A stretch of DNA of 63,784 nt, filler included, from Chrysochromulina tobinii (Eukaryota), in NCBI GenBank assembly GCA_001275005.1. It is 6 parts of 6 records of this genome, joined end to end, with 100 filler letters (N's around TTAATTAATTAA, not from the genome) between each part and the next. Parts side by side here need not be neighbours in the genome. Positions count along the whole stretch, not along the records: positions 44,071 to 54,498 come from JWZX01000111.1; positions 54,599 to 62,494 come from JWZX01000116.1; 4 more parts are not named here. One strand, written 5' to 3'. This document shows positions 44,603 through 56,513 of this stretch, piece by piece. The first letter of the stretch is position 1; every line of letters begins with the position of its first letter. A program made the position numbers and the translations under genes. The notes beneath the pieces were generated by a model, which was not told the DNA's origin, did no database searches, and was given only the letters and a program-made list of their open reading frames with translations.

Positions 44603-47600
44603 CTACGGCGACGCCACCCGGATCGGAGTGGCTTCACGTGTTGGCAGCAGCATCGTCAACGACCAATGGAGATGGGGGCGCACGATCGGCGTCCACTCGG
44701 CATCGGTGCCCGCGACTGCGCCTCGCTCGGCGTCGGCGCGCTCGCTCGCTGCGACCAGCTCGTTCGCCTGAGCGATGGCGGCCTCGAGGAGCGCGTCGCG
44801 CCCGCGCATCGCGTCGTGCGGCGCCGCCTCCACGTGCACCGTCGGGCGCAGCCCTCGGTTCTCGAGCGCGGCGCCGCTGTCCATGCGCACCGCGTACGAC
44901 GGGTGGCTCACAGTTGTACCGTCCACGAGTTCGGTCTCGCCCATCCCGATGACCCCGCCCCACGAGGGGCTGCCCACGAGCAGCGCGCCCGCCACCGCCG
45001 CGAGCTCGGCCCCGAGTAGCTCGCCGTCGGAGCACGTATTCTCATCGACGAGCACTATCAGACGCGCAGGCGTCGCGTGGCACGGTATGGAGTCGGGCCG
45101 ACCGTGCGGTGGCTGCTCGATGGCAACGCGCCGCTGCGTGAGCTTGGCGACGAGCACATCCGAAGTGACTCCACCCACATTCCCGCGCAGGTCGATCAGC
45201 AGCACACGCCGCGCGTGGTGGCACTCGGCGAGAAACTGGCGCGAAAAGTGCGCGTAGCCGCTCTCCTCCATGTCGGGTACATGCACGTAGCCCACCTTGC
45301 CACCAGTGCGTGCGTGCACGAGCTCGCGGCAGCCGATTACCCAGTCGAGGTAACGGCCACGCCGCACGAGCGACGTGCTACCCACGCGCACGCGTGTCGA
45401 GCGATCCGCCGCCGACCCTGCTGCCTTCCCGCCGCCGCCAGCGCCGCCATCCTTGCCGCCGCCTATGCCACCTCCGCCCTTGCCGCCGCCCTTGCCGCCG
45501 CCCTTGCCGCCCTTGCCGCCCTTGCCGCCACCTCCTCCTCCATCGCCTCCCTTGGCCCTGGCCTTGCCTCGCGCCTTGCCGCCATCCGCGCCGCCGCCGC
45601 CGCCGCTCTGACCCGCAGGTGTGAATGACGAACCCGCAGGGCGCAAGGTCACATACACTTCTTTGCCGGCAAGCCGTCGCATCGCCACCTCGGGCGGCAT
45701 ACTGGCCGTGAGTCGCAGTTGGTTGATCGCGAGCAGTGCGTCTCCCACCTTGGCGCCCACCGCGGCGCGCGTGAGCGGCCCCGCCTGGCTCTCATCGTAC
45801 GGGTCGCCCCGCACCATCGAGATGATCCGCCACCCCTGGAGGGAGGCGTCCCATTCGGTGGTGCATCCGAGTGAGCCTTGGCGCCCCTCATCCTCATCGT
45901 CTCCGTCGCACTCGGGCGCGGACACGTAGGCGTGGGACGCGCCCAGCTCGCCGCACATCTCCTGGAGCACATCGAGGAGCTCGTCGTAGCTCGCCACTCG
46001 CGCGAGCAACGGCTCATACGTGCCCAGGATGGCGCGCGGTGCGAGGCCCGCCGTAATCGACGGATGCGCATGACGCACCGCCGCGGTCCACGCCTCGTAA
46101 AACATCTGCTGCCACTCGCGGCGCGGGTCGACGGTAAGGCACACGCGCCCCTCGACATCGACAAGCCCCGAGCGCTCCCCGGGCTGCTCAAAGTCGACCT
46201 CAAGCTCGTCGTCGTCCTCCTCGGCCGGCTTGGCGCCTGCCTCGTACACGCGCACACGGAGCAGGCCTTCTTCATCTGTCAGGAGCGCCATGGTCGCCAG
46301 ATCCAACGAGAGCTCGAAGTCGAGCACGTTGTCGACGAGGCGCACCTCCTTGCACGTGCTCAGCGCGCAGCGCATCATCGCCCCCGTCTCCTCGTCCGCG
46401 CCGCCGACACCATCGTCGCCGCGCAGCCCAGAGCCACCAACGCCGCCGTCCCCACCCGCGTCGGACGGCTTCAGGCGCGTGTACAGCAGCTGGTTATCCC
46501 ACAGGCACGCGAGCTTTTCGAGCCTACCGGCGCGCACGGGCACGCTCACGATTCGAGTGGCAAGGCCCGCCGCGTCCACTCGCACCATTGGGACGTCGTC
46601 CTCGTCCTCGTCGTCCTCGTCGTCGCTCTCGTCGTCGCGCCGTCCGCGGCCGCCACGGCCGCCGCCTCCGCCTCCGCCTCCGCCTCCGCCGCCGCCGCCG
46701 CGCCGCCTGCCGCCGCGATCGTCCTCGTCGTCGTCCTCGTCGTCCTCAGTTTCGTCATCCTCTGGACGCCAGCCGGGGGGCCGAGGAGGGGGGCGGGTCG
46801 GATCGGTCGCATCCTCGGTGAGCAGGGCGAGGAAAGGGCGCTGCGCGCGCGAAAAGTTGAACTGCCAGAACACCTCGTCCTCGCTTGGGCGGAGCGAGCG
46901 TGTCGAGAGGAACGCGAGGTATTGGGCCTGGGGGTCGAATGAAGGGGATGTGTCGCGCGTCACGCCGCTCGTCACCTCCACCACACGCTCACCGGTACGC
47001 TCACCGGTGCCGCCGGCGCCGCGTGCTGCCATCTCCATGACGGCCGCTGCGTCGCACATCCGAATGGCCGAGGTGCGGGCGCCGCTCGAGGTTGCGACCG
47101 CGTACGCGAGCCAGTGGCCATCGGCCGACCAAGCCAGATCAAAGATGCCTCCGTCGTGAGCGGCGGTGTCGACGCAGCTAAAGCGCGCGGAGCGCAGGTC
47201 GACGAGGAGCAGCCGCAGGTCGTGCGTAGCCACCGCGATCCAATCCTCGGTGGGACTTGCACGCATCTCGTACGGCTCTCCGAGGGCGCCGCCGCCGCCG
47301 CCGTCTCCGCCTCCACCTGCGCCGCCGCCGCCGCCGCCTCCAATGCCGCCGCCGCCGCCGCTGCCGCTGCCGCCGCCGCTGCTGCTGCTGCTGCTGCCGC
47401 GGAGCGTGAGCGTGCGCGATGGAGGGCGGCCTCCGCCGCCGTTGCCAGTGGCGGTTGGGGCCACCTGGGACGGGTAGAGCTCATCGAAGAGCTCGAGAGC
47501 CCATTCGCCGGCTGGCCCACACACGGCTGCCACCGGCCGCCCTTTGTGCGTGAACTCGGGGCACGCATAGCGCATGCCTTCGGACGCACCACACTGGACG

Positions 47601-48814
47601 GCGGGGCCCTCCCAGAGGCCAGCGAGGCCAAAGAGCTTGCCACGCAGCGCGAGCAGCAGCGAGTGGCCCTGCGGGTGCAGCACGAAACCGTCGAGATCAT
47701 CAAGGCACTCGGGGTGCCACGTGTCCTCTCGCACCCTGCTCACTCCCACCTTGAGCAACGGCAGCGGCTGCGGCGCCACCGGAGGGCGCACGCTCGCGGC
47801 GGCCGGCTCGAGCGCAAGCAGGTGCAGCTCGCCGCCGCGCATGTACACCAACACGCCCGAACCCGACGCGTCCGCGCTCAGCTCGCGCACGCCGAGCTTC
47901 TCGTGGCACGTGTGCTGTGCCACCGCCAAGGTCGTCGTCGCTGGCGGCGGCGCCGGCGGCGCGCCACTGATGGTTGCCTGAGCGACGGCGTCGGCGAGCG
48001 ACGCGCTCGAATCGGGTGTCGGAATCGAGTACACGTTCGAGACGCCCTCGTGGTCGGACACGAAGTAGAGCCGACCGCCAAACTCACACGGCTCACCCAC
48101 GTTCCAGTCTGCCGGCAGAGGCACGCGTGCAAACTCGCCACCGCGCCGGCCGTGCCACAGGTGGCCGCCCGCGCCACCGCGGTAGCCCTTCCACTGTGTG
48201 TGCGCCGGGTCCACCGTGTATCGCCCGACCAAATACGAGCCATCGCTCAGGTTGAGCAGGTGGTGGCTCACGCCTACGCCGAGCGGCGCAGGGCGGCCGG
48301 ACTGGCCGCTGGCGCCTGCGGGCCAAGGCTTCGACGACAAGGCTGGAAGAGCCACCGACCAGAGCTGCGTGAGATGCTGCATGGGCTGATCCGCGCTCGT
48401 GCGGAACAGGATGCGCGAGCCGTCGGCCGTCCAGCCTGCGACCTCGCAGCGCTCGCCCAGGTAGGTCAACCGCCTGGGCGCGCGTCCACGACCACGCGCA
48501 TCAACGACGAAAACCTCGGCCGGGCTGTGAGGATCGTCCTCATCAGATGGGGCAGAATATGCAAGATGCATGCCGTCGGGCGAGAAGCGCGGGTAGCAGC
48601 AGCCTCCATGGGTTGTGAGGCGTGCACAGATGGTGGCACTCACGGTGGCATCCGCTACTTGGTTCGCAAGCATGGTCGGCAAGGTGGCAAGCCATATGTC
48701 GCCCTCCGAGACGAAGGCGAGCTGCTGGCCATGCAGCGCAGGATGACGCGCGTAGCCTTCCGGCGAGTCGCCGGGCATTGTGCGACGATCGGAGGCGTCG
48801 CTCGGGGCCTCCAT
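44603..48814 (-). CDS. Tricorn protease homolog (peptidase S41B; beta-propellers, C1, PDZ, C2)
   Basis: YARHPAL...FVSEGDIW, WKGYRGGAGG, EWQQMFYEAW, GELGASHAY (His), GYVHVPDM, IDLRGNVGG, CSDGE (nucleophile Ser), SWGGVIG, ENRG. Intronless, 1403 aa. Confidence 0.9.
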   Translation of the reverse strand: MEAPSDASDRRTMPGDSPEGYARHPALHGQQLAFVSEGDIWLATLPTMLANQVADATVSATICARLTTHGGCCYPRFSPDGMHLAYSAPSDEDDPHSPAEVFVVDARGRGRAPRRLTYLGERCEVAGWTADGSRILFRTSADQPMQHLTQLWSVALPALSSKPWPAGASGQSGRPAPLGVGVSHHLLNLSDGSYLVGRYTVDPAHTQWKGYRGGAGGHLWHGRRGGEFARVPLPADWNVGEPCEFGGRLYFVSDHEGVSNVYSIPTPDSSASLADAVAQATISGAPPAPPPATTTLAVAQHTCHEKLGVRELSADASGSGVLVYMRGGELHLLALEPAAASVRPPVAPQPLPLLKVGVSRVREDTWHPECLDDLDGFVLHPQGHSLLLALRGKLFGLAGLWEGPAVQCGASEGMRYACPEFTHKGRPVAAVCGPAGEWALELFDELYPSQVAPTATGNGGGGRPPSRTLTLRGSSSSSSGGGSGSGGGGGIGGGGGGGAGGGGDGGGGGALGEPYEMRASPTEDWIAVATHDLRLLLVDLRSARFSCVDTAAHDGGIFDLAWSADGHWLAYAVATSSGARTSAIRMCDAAAVMEMAARGAGGTGERTGERVVEVTSGVTRDTSPSFDPQAQYLAFLSTRSLRPSEDEVFWQFNFSRAQRPFLALLTEDATDPTRPPPRPPGWRPEDDETEDDEDDDEDDRGGRRRGGGGGGGGGGGGGGRGGRGRRDDESDDEDDEDEDDVPMVRVDAAGLATRIVSVPVRAGRLEKLACLWDNQLLYTRLKPSDAGGDGGVGGSGLRGDDGVGGADEETGAMMRCALSTCKEVRLVDNVLDFELSLDLATMALLTDEEGLLRVRVYEAGAKPAEEDDDELEVDFEQPGERSGLVDVEGRVCLTVDPRREWQQMFYEAWTAAVRHAHPSITAGLAPRAILGTYEPLLARVASYDELLDVLQEMCGELGASHAYVSAPECDGDDEDEGRQGSLGCTTEWDASLQGWRIISMVRGDPYDESQAGPLTRAAVGAKVGDALLAINQLRLTASMPPEVAMRRLAGKEVYVTLRPAGSSFTPAGQSGGGGGADGGKARGKARAKGGDGGGGGGKGGKGGKGGGKGGGKGGGGIGGGKDGGAGGGGKAAGSAADRSTRVRVGSTSLVRRGRYLDWVIGCRELVHARTGGKVGYVHVPDMEESGYAHFSRQFLAECHHARRVLLIDLRGNVGGVTSDVLVAKLTQRRVAIEQPPHGRPDSIPCHATPARLIVLVDENTCSDGELLGAELAAVAGALLVGSPSWGGVIGMGETELVDGTTVSHPSYAVRMDSGAALENRGLRPTVHVEAAPHDAMRGRDALLEAAIAQANELVAASERADAERGAVAGTDAEWTPIVRPHLHWSLTMLLPTREATPIRVASP

Positions 48815-49367
48815 TCAGTGTCCCGTGACCCGTAGGAATTCCACACCGCAGACGGCCGCAGACGGCTGTTTCATCAAAATCTGGAAGCACGAGCCGAGGA
48901 TAACTACCCGACTACCCCGACCGCCCCGACCGCCCCGTTTCGGCGAGTGTAACAAAAACAAATCACACAAAAAATCGAAAACGCCTATCATAAGTAATTC
49001 CTACGTGTTATCCGGAACTTATCCGGATAGAAGTCACGCAGTAACAGTGCCGTAGCACCGGCTGTCGCGTCTGTCGTGTTAACGTTCACACAGACACACA
49101 TTCACATTCACACACACACATTCACACCATGGCGGGTACCGCGCGGGGGCGGTTTTAGAAGGGCGACATGCCCATGGTGAGCTTGAAGCTCATGGCGGGA
49201 GCGCGAGGAGTATGGTAGTTGCGTCCGCGAGAACGACGGCTGCGTGTCCCGACGCCCCCATTCACAATGAGAAAGGAGGGGCGTGTTCCTTCGCAACAGC
49301 ACAGACCTCGCGCTGCTCGACACGACGCGATTGGCACCCTTTTTTTCTCGTAAGTGGCCTCACCACG

Positions 49368-49552
49368 ATGGTGTCCCCTTTCGATCGCGTGGCCGCCGAC
49401 GAGATCCACCAGATCCTGACGCTAACTGGCATGACGGGGCTTTGCGTCGTCTTGCCACGCGTGTCGAAGGAGATGAAAGCCCATGCCGCCGCGGCGCTCT
49501 GCAGCATGGAGCACATTGAGATTTCAGCATACGATTCTGTTTGGCATTCTAG
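49368..49552 (+). pseudogene. F-box-like 5' gene fragment fused to a retrotransposon
   Basis: MVSPFDRVAADEIHQILTLTGMTGLCVVLPRVSKEM resembles an F-box. The sequence switches abruptly to copia RT at 49553. Confidence 0.5.
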
Positions 49553-52500
49553 CATGATCGCACGCGTGGACAAACCAATATACGGCATCCAGCAGGCCGG
49601 CCGCCGCCTCCAACGCAAGCTCTTCGACTGGCTGCGCGCCAAGGGCTTCCAGGCGCTCGACGATTCCGACCCTTGCGTCTTCAAGCTCACGTGCGTCAGC
49701 GGCGAGATCCTCACCATTGGCGTCCCCTCGCTGCGACCGGGGACCCACACTATGGCCGCGGCCGTGGCCGTGGCCGCGGCCGCGGCCGCGGCTCTGGCCG
49801 CGGCGAACAAGTACCGCGCGTCGAGCCTCCGCGCGACGCGGACGGCCGCATCACCCACTGGATCGCGGGCATGGTGTGGGCATCGCGGGCGTGGCATCAC
49901 CCTGCTCCACGTGCAAGCAAAACCACCTCCACCGCGATTGCCCAAAGTGGGTAGACTCGACATCAAAGCGAAGGCGCCGACCACCATGGCACAAGCGATC
50001 GAGTACGTTGACGCGATCCTCAAGACCAATGTTCGCATCGCCGAACTCGACACGATCAACAACGGCTCGGTCGGCGCCGCCCTCGCCGCAACGCGGGCCG
50101 CAGAAGACACACGCGTCGCCGAGCTCGAGGCTCGCGTCGCACAGCTCGCTGCCCTCGCTGCGACCGGGGACCCACACTATGGCCGCGGCCGTGGCCGTGG
50201 CCGCGGCCGCGGCCGCGGCTCTGGCCGCGGCGAACAACCGCGCGTCGAGCCTCCGCGCGACGCGGACGGCCGCATCACCCACTGGATCGCGGGCATGGCA
50301 CCCTGCTCCACGTGCAAGCAAAACCACCTCCACCGCGATTGCCCAAAGTGGGTAGCCGAGCAAGCCGCCAAAGAGGCGACCAACGCGACCGCGCAAGCCA
50401 AGAAGGAAACCGCGCCGCTCGAGGCACGCGTATTCGAGTGCGACGGACTCGACGAGACCAACCTGGCCGCCCTCCTCGGCACCGTCTTCCCGGACACATC
50501 GGTGCATAAGGGGGGCCCGACGGGACCGGTACCGAGTCCGGAGCAAGAGGCCGAACAGGCGGGACCGGAGGTGGACCTTAACGATTTCTTCACCTATTCG
50601 CGCGTCCTACCGGTACCAGACGACCTTCCAATTTCGGGCGATTTTCTTCGCGATGCAAAATTCTCTTGCATCCAAGGAATCGCACCGAATCTTGCCCCTA
50701 TTTGGAAAGGAGGCGCAAGCAGTACGCCAACGCAACAAATTTCGCAATTGGCCGAGCAGCCCACCGTGGATAGTTGCGACTCTCGCCCGTCACCTTGCAA
50801 CTCTTATCCATTCCCGCCGCCGCCAAATCCTTCGCCAACGCCCAGCCTGCTCACCGCTCTCGTCGCAAACCCTTCTCCGCCATCGCCAAAACGCTTGAAA
50901 GCCACAATCCAGCCGACCTGCGAAGAACCGACCGGTGGCCGCATCATCAGCGGCGCCGTCGACTCGGGGTGCACTGGGCACGTCACGCCCAACCCACACT
51001 GGCTCGTCAACCGCCGCCCGTGCACTGACACGTTCCGTGCAGCCGCCGGCTCCAAACACGTCGCCGCCGAAATCGGCGACATGCCCGTAATTGCTCGCGA
51101 CAGACACGGAGGGCTCCACTACAAACTCATCACGAACGTGCGTTGCGTGCCTACCTTCGCGTACACGCTCCTCTCCGTCGGCCAACTCTGGCTTGAGCTC
51201 AAAATTGACTCGCTCTTCGCGGACAGCCTCTGCTGCCGTCTCCACGACGGTACCGAGCTTCCCTATGTACGCGAGAAGCAACTGCCGACGCTGCTACTCG
51301 TCAGTGTCGCCGGCTGTGACCCCGACGCCATCGCTCGCAGCACCACCCGCAGCACCGCGCAATCCTCACCAACCATCACCGCCCTCACGCTCACCAGCAT
51401 CTCCGCTGCCCCACCCAACCCTGCCCCTGCCTCGAATACGTCGGGCCTCTCGACCAGGCACCTCGGACACCACTCTGTCCACTCCTCCGCGCACATCGCT
51501 CGACTGCCGGCTGCCCAAGCCGGCGAGCTCATGCATCGACGCTGCCACGCCAGCTTGCGCTACATCCAGGCCATCGCCAACACCACCGCCGACGGCCCTC
51601 GCAACGTCGCCTCCGCTCCCGCCATCAACTGCGCCAGCTGCGCCGAGGCTCGCATCACCCAAGCCGCGCACCGCGGCACCCTTTCGACGCCAGCTCCCGA
51701 GGCCGGCGTTCTCCACGTTGACCTCAAGGAAATGGTCATCTCCGCCGAGGGCTTCCGCTACTTCCTCGTCGCCGTTGACGAATTCACGAGATTCATCTTT
51801 ATTGCCTTCCTCAAATACAAGTCCGAGGCCGGCGCCGAGCTGCTCGCCATCGTGAACAAATTTAACGCCACGGTTGGCACCCCCGTCGACGCCGATGGCC
51901 GGGCCCTGCTACGGCCTCGCGTGCGCACCCTCCACTCTGACCGCGAAGGCAAGCTCATCTCGCACTCGTTCCGCTCGGCGCGGACCTCCGCGGGCCTTCA
52001 TCACACGCTCAGCCCTCCGCACGACCACGACCTCAACCCTATCGCAGAACGGGCTATCCGCACCCTCGCCGAGACCGCCTCCGCCATCAGGGTCGCTTCC
52101 AATGTGTCCGCGCGCCATTGGCCGCACATCATCGCGTACGCCGCCGACTGGCACAACTCACTCATCGGCTCCGTCGGCTCCTCCACCGCCGACAGCAATA
52201 TCACGCCTTACCAGCGCTTCACGCTCCGCCCGCCTCGTGTCATGGACCTTGCTACCTTTGGCTGCCGCGCATTCGCCCTCAAACCGCCGCATCTCCAGCA
52301 CAAGCCCAGCCTCGACGGCCGCGGGCGCGAGGGCGCCTTCTTAGGCCGCTCCCTCAACTCAAAAGGATGTTACGACGTCCTCGTCGGGAGCGGCGCCGCA
52401 GCTTACGTCATCAGCTCCTCCAGCGTTGTCCTCGACGAGGAGTGGATGCCGCTGCATCCAGTCGGCAAACAACACCGGCCACTCACCTCGCTCGCACACG

Positions 52501-54498
52501 CTGCCCACCCGCCGCAGCTCCCCAGCCTAGAGGCTGACTTTCCCAATGACAGTGCTGCTGTCGCTCGCCCCCCAGCCTTCGACGCGCGCCTGCAATTCGC
52601 TGCGGAGTCTCGGAGTTCCCTCCCCATGCCTCTCGACCACGCGAACTCACAACAGCGCGATTCGCCCTCAGCGGCGGGCGGGGCCTCGCCTTCGCCGGCG
52701 CCCTCGCCACTCCCTCCGCCCGACAGCCCCACAGCCCCCATACGTCGCCTCGTCTTCCCCGACCTAACCGCCGCGACTAGCCCCCGCAGCGAAGCCCTCT
52801 CATGGAAGCTTGCCGGCCAGGAGGCCTCTGCCGCCTTACGAGAGCATGAACGTGCACTGCTCCCCCCACGACGGCCCCCGGGCGCCACCGTCAACTACTT
52901 CCCCAAACAGCCGACCCACCGCCCATTCGGCCCCAAATGGCTCCCGGCAGTCTCCGATGCACCTATTCGAGCCGTCCCGGTGGTAGCGCCTGAGCTCGAG
53001 CCTCCCCCGACTCTCGAACCCATTCCAGAATCGCCCACCGCTGAGGACTCTTATGAGCCATATGAGCCTGCCTCGCCTCTGGCGGCCGCCATGCGGCACG
53101 AGGAGATGCTCGGCGCCCGCGCGGCGCTCCACGCTTACCTCGACGGCTACCTCGAAGCCGCTCTTGCCCACCGCCATAGCGCCAGCCCGCCGCCTCGCCC
53201 CTCGTCTGCCTCCTCCTTGGAGGCCGCCGTCGCCGAGTCCATTTACGACGCGCACCATCGACGGCCTGTCGCAGGCACTCTCGAGATACCCATCTCCGAA
53301 TGGCGCAACGTCCCCAAGGTCCCGTTTGGCAAGAGCCCCGGCGACCACGCGCTCTTCCTCGACATCGCGCTCGACGAGCACGACTTCAAATCGCCCGACA
53401 CCATACTCGACGGCATCCGCGCCAGCTTCCTCACCGCGCTCCGCGCCGACTCGCCCGACGCACCCGCAACGCACTCAGAGGCTGTCAAACGTGGCGACGT
53501 CTGGATGCGCGCCGAGGCCAAAGAGCTAGCAAACCACGAAGCCAACGGCTCCTGGACGTTTGTGCGCCGTGCTGACGTGCCAGCCGGCCGCCGTATCCAC
53601 CGCCTCATATGGGTCTACAAGGTCAAGCGCGACGGCACCTGCAAAGCCCGCCTGTGCGTCCAGGGCTCCACCCTCGAACCCGGAGTCGACTACGACCAAG
53701 TCTTCTCGGCCGCCCTCCGCTACTCATCGGCGCGCTCACTCTTCGCCTTCGCGGCCAAGACAGGCTGCCGTGTACGCAGCGTCGACCTCGTTGCCGCCTA
53801 CCTGCAGGGCGATTTCCTCGACGGTGAAGTTGTGTACTGCCACGCGGCACACGGCTACCCCAAGTACGATGAGCACGGCGAGCCCATGATCGCACGCGTG
53901 GACAAACCAATATACGGCATCCAGCAGGCCGGCCGCCGCCTCCAACGCAAGCTCTTCGACTGGCTGCGCGCCAAGGGCTTCCAGGCGCTCGACGATTCCG
54001 ACCCTTGCGTCTTCAAGCTCACGTGCGTCAGCGGCGAGATCCTCACCATTGGCGTCTACGTTGACAACCTCCAGATCGTGCACTCAGTCGAACTTGATGC
54101 ACAAGGTCGCGGACCCGCCGGCTGCGCGTACAACAAGTTCATGGACGACCTCCAACGCGAATGGACAGTCACCGACGAGGGCGACATGGAGGACTTGCTT
54201 GGCATCGAAGTCGAGCGCTTCAGTGACGGCTCAATCAAGCTCCACCAGACTAAGTACATCAACAAGGTCATCGAGCGCTTCCTACCCAACGGCCCATCGT
54301 CCCACGTCCAGCGTAACTCCATGCCCTACTCGTCCCTCTTCGAGACTCGGATGAAAGACGCGCTTGCTCTTGACGCCGGCACCTATCCCGACCTTATCAC
54401 CACATTCCAGCAGCGCATCGGATGCCTCATGTACGCGGCCACCTCTACACGGCCTGACATCGCATATCCTGTCCATCAGCTCTGCAAGTGCCTGCAAC
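49553..54498 (+). mobile_element. Ty1/copia LTR-retrotransposon gag-pol (5' rearranged, 3' cut by gap)
   Basis: Zn knuckle CSTCKQNHLHRDC, protease VDSGCTGH, integrase HVDL/VDEFTR/HSDREG/NPIAER, then RT WVYKVK...KARLCVQG, YGIQQAG, YVDN, TRPDIAY. Order is PR-INT-RT. No LTR visible. Confidence 0.93.
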
Positions 54499-54598
54499 NN
54501 NNNNNNNNNNNNNNNNNNNNNNNNNNNNNNNNNNNNNNNNNNTTAATTAATTAANNNNNNNNNNNNNNNNNNNNNNNNNNNNNNNNNNNNNNNNNNNN
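54499..54598. other. Artificial contig linker
   Basis: N-TTAATTAATTAA-N. Confidence 0.97.
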
Positions 54599-56203
54599 CG
54601 GCATCAGCTGCGGCGGCCGCACGGCACCCGATGAAAGGGCGGACGCGAGGGCAGCGAGCACCTCCGCCCCTGCCTCCTCGCAACCTTCGAGCAGCCAAAG
54701 CCGCGCGCACAGCCAGTTCGATAGGAGCGCCGCCGCGGGCATCGTAGGCATGTCCGTGCGCGGTCGCGCCGTCCTGGGCGATATCGTCGGCGCCGTCCTG
54801 GGCGCTTCTCGCGCAAGTGGCCGAAGCGCCATCGTGAGCAGCCGCAGTGCGAGGGTGGCCGCCTGACGCAGCAATGTCGGCAGGGTCAGAGCCTTTCCTA
54901 GCTCCACGCCCCCCCCGCCGCCCCGACCGCCGCCCCGACCGCCGCCCCTCCCCCCGCCCTCCCCGCCACCGCCCGTAGGCACGGCTGAGATGGCGGCTGT
55001 GAAGACCGGTGTGAAGCAGCTTGGCAGCGGTTCGAGCAGTGAGGGCAGCGGCTCACGCAATGCGTCGTCGTCAAGTCCCCTGGCGGCGTCGTGCACCGCA
55101 GCGATGGCGACGAGCGCGCTGTCGCAGAGCAGGTGGGCCGGTAACGCGAGCCATGGGGCGAGCCTCGATGGGAACAAAGCACCGCCCTTACTCGCTGCCC
55201 TGTCGACGTCCACGCGAGCGAATAGAGTCCATAGCGCCGTCGCGAGCGCCCCGAAGCCCGCGGTCGACGCTGCCGTTTCGGTGGACATATCCAATTTAGG
55301 CAGCTGGTCGTTCCCAGCGAGCTTCCCCACAGCGAGCTTCCTCGCGCGCTCGAGCAGCGCGACGAGGTTGGTGCGCGCATTCCGCCGCGCCTGCGCTCCA
55401 CTCACGGCGCCCATCGCGAGCGCGTAATGGCGCGCCGCGCGCACCGAGTCCTCAAACCCGCCCTGGGCGAGCAGCGCGCCCAGGCAATTGTGAGGGCGTC
55501 CGTCGGCGGGCGTCAGGTAGGAGGCGCTCAGATAGCACCGTCGCGAGCTCGCCACAAGCCGTTGGCGCTGTTCGACCTCCTGACCTGGCAGCGCGGATTC
55601 ATACCGGCGAAGGTCGCCGCAGGCCACGCAGACGCTCGACGCGAGCGCGGCGAGCGCGCCGTTGCCGCTACTACCGCCAGAAGGAGCCGCAGCCTGTGGC
55701 GGCCCGGCCACAGGCGCCGCCGCGTGGTGGCGGCAAGTCCCGACCGCGGCGGCTGCGGCCGGGTGGAGGCGCGCGAGCAAGGCCTCGAAGAATCTGCCCG
55801 CATCGATGAGCAGCGCGAGGAGCACTCGCCGGCGCTCGAGCAGCTCCGGCGTCGGCGGAGCGTTCGCAGCTCGCAGGTCGCGGCGCAGGTCGCGCTGCAC
55901 CTCATCGATGGCGGCGTGGTGCATCGCCCACAGCCTCGTGTGTGCGCCGCGGTCGAGCGCGAGCTCCGCGTGGTCGATCAGAAACGCGGCCCAGCCGTCT
56001 CGTGCCGCCGCCAGAGCCTCGCGGCCGTCGGGCGTGTCCACGATGGCGGCCACGCCGCGCTCCTGCAGCAGCACCGTGTAAGAACGATCCGCTGCACGCG
56101 CGAGCTGCTCGGCGGGTAGAGGAGGCCCGAGTTCGACAGTGCGCTCCATTTTGCGTATCTGGCGCTCCGCAGATCCATATCTGCCTGTCCCTATCCGATC
56201 CAT
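54599..56203 (-). CDS. EST1/SMG5-7-like TPR (14-3-3-like) domain protein; 3'-partial
   Basis: CGDLRRY...RRCYLSASYLTPADGRPHNCLGAL...HYALAM...ARTNL matches the EST1 domain pattern. Start is at 56203 or 56149. Confidence 0.78.
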
Positions 56204-56513
56204 ATCTGCGCGGTACCACGAAGGATGCTAGAATCCAAAAGCTTGCACGCGTCCACACGTCGATTCGGCACCGATACGCACGCTCCCTCTTTCGCGCGTC
56301 GGCCACGTGGCCGGGAAAACTTGGTGCGAGTCAAGACAAGTCGAGTATTCTCACGCTCACACGCTACAGTTGTACGCGCATGCACAGGATTGCATCTTTT
56401 TCATGATGGACCAAACTCGAAGCACCGTTACTCCTTTTGGCCGCCTTCGGTGAGGGACACGCAACACTTTCGGCTTTTGCGAGAGCGCGCCATCTTTCCT
56501 GACGCTCGCAATA

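Noticed and set aside
1..56203. RNA-surveillance gene cluster (Ski2-like, PUS7, RPC31, EST1/SMG-like)
   Set aside because: The genes lie on different contigs joined artificially, so there is no evidence of real linkage.
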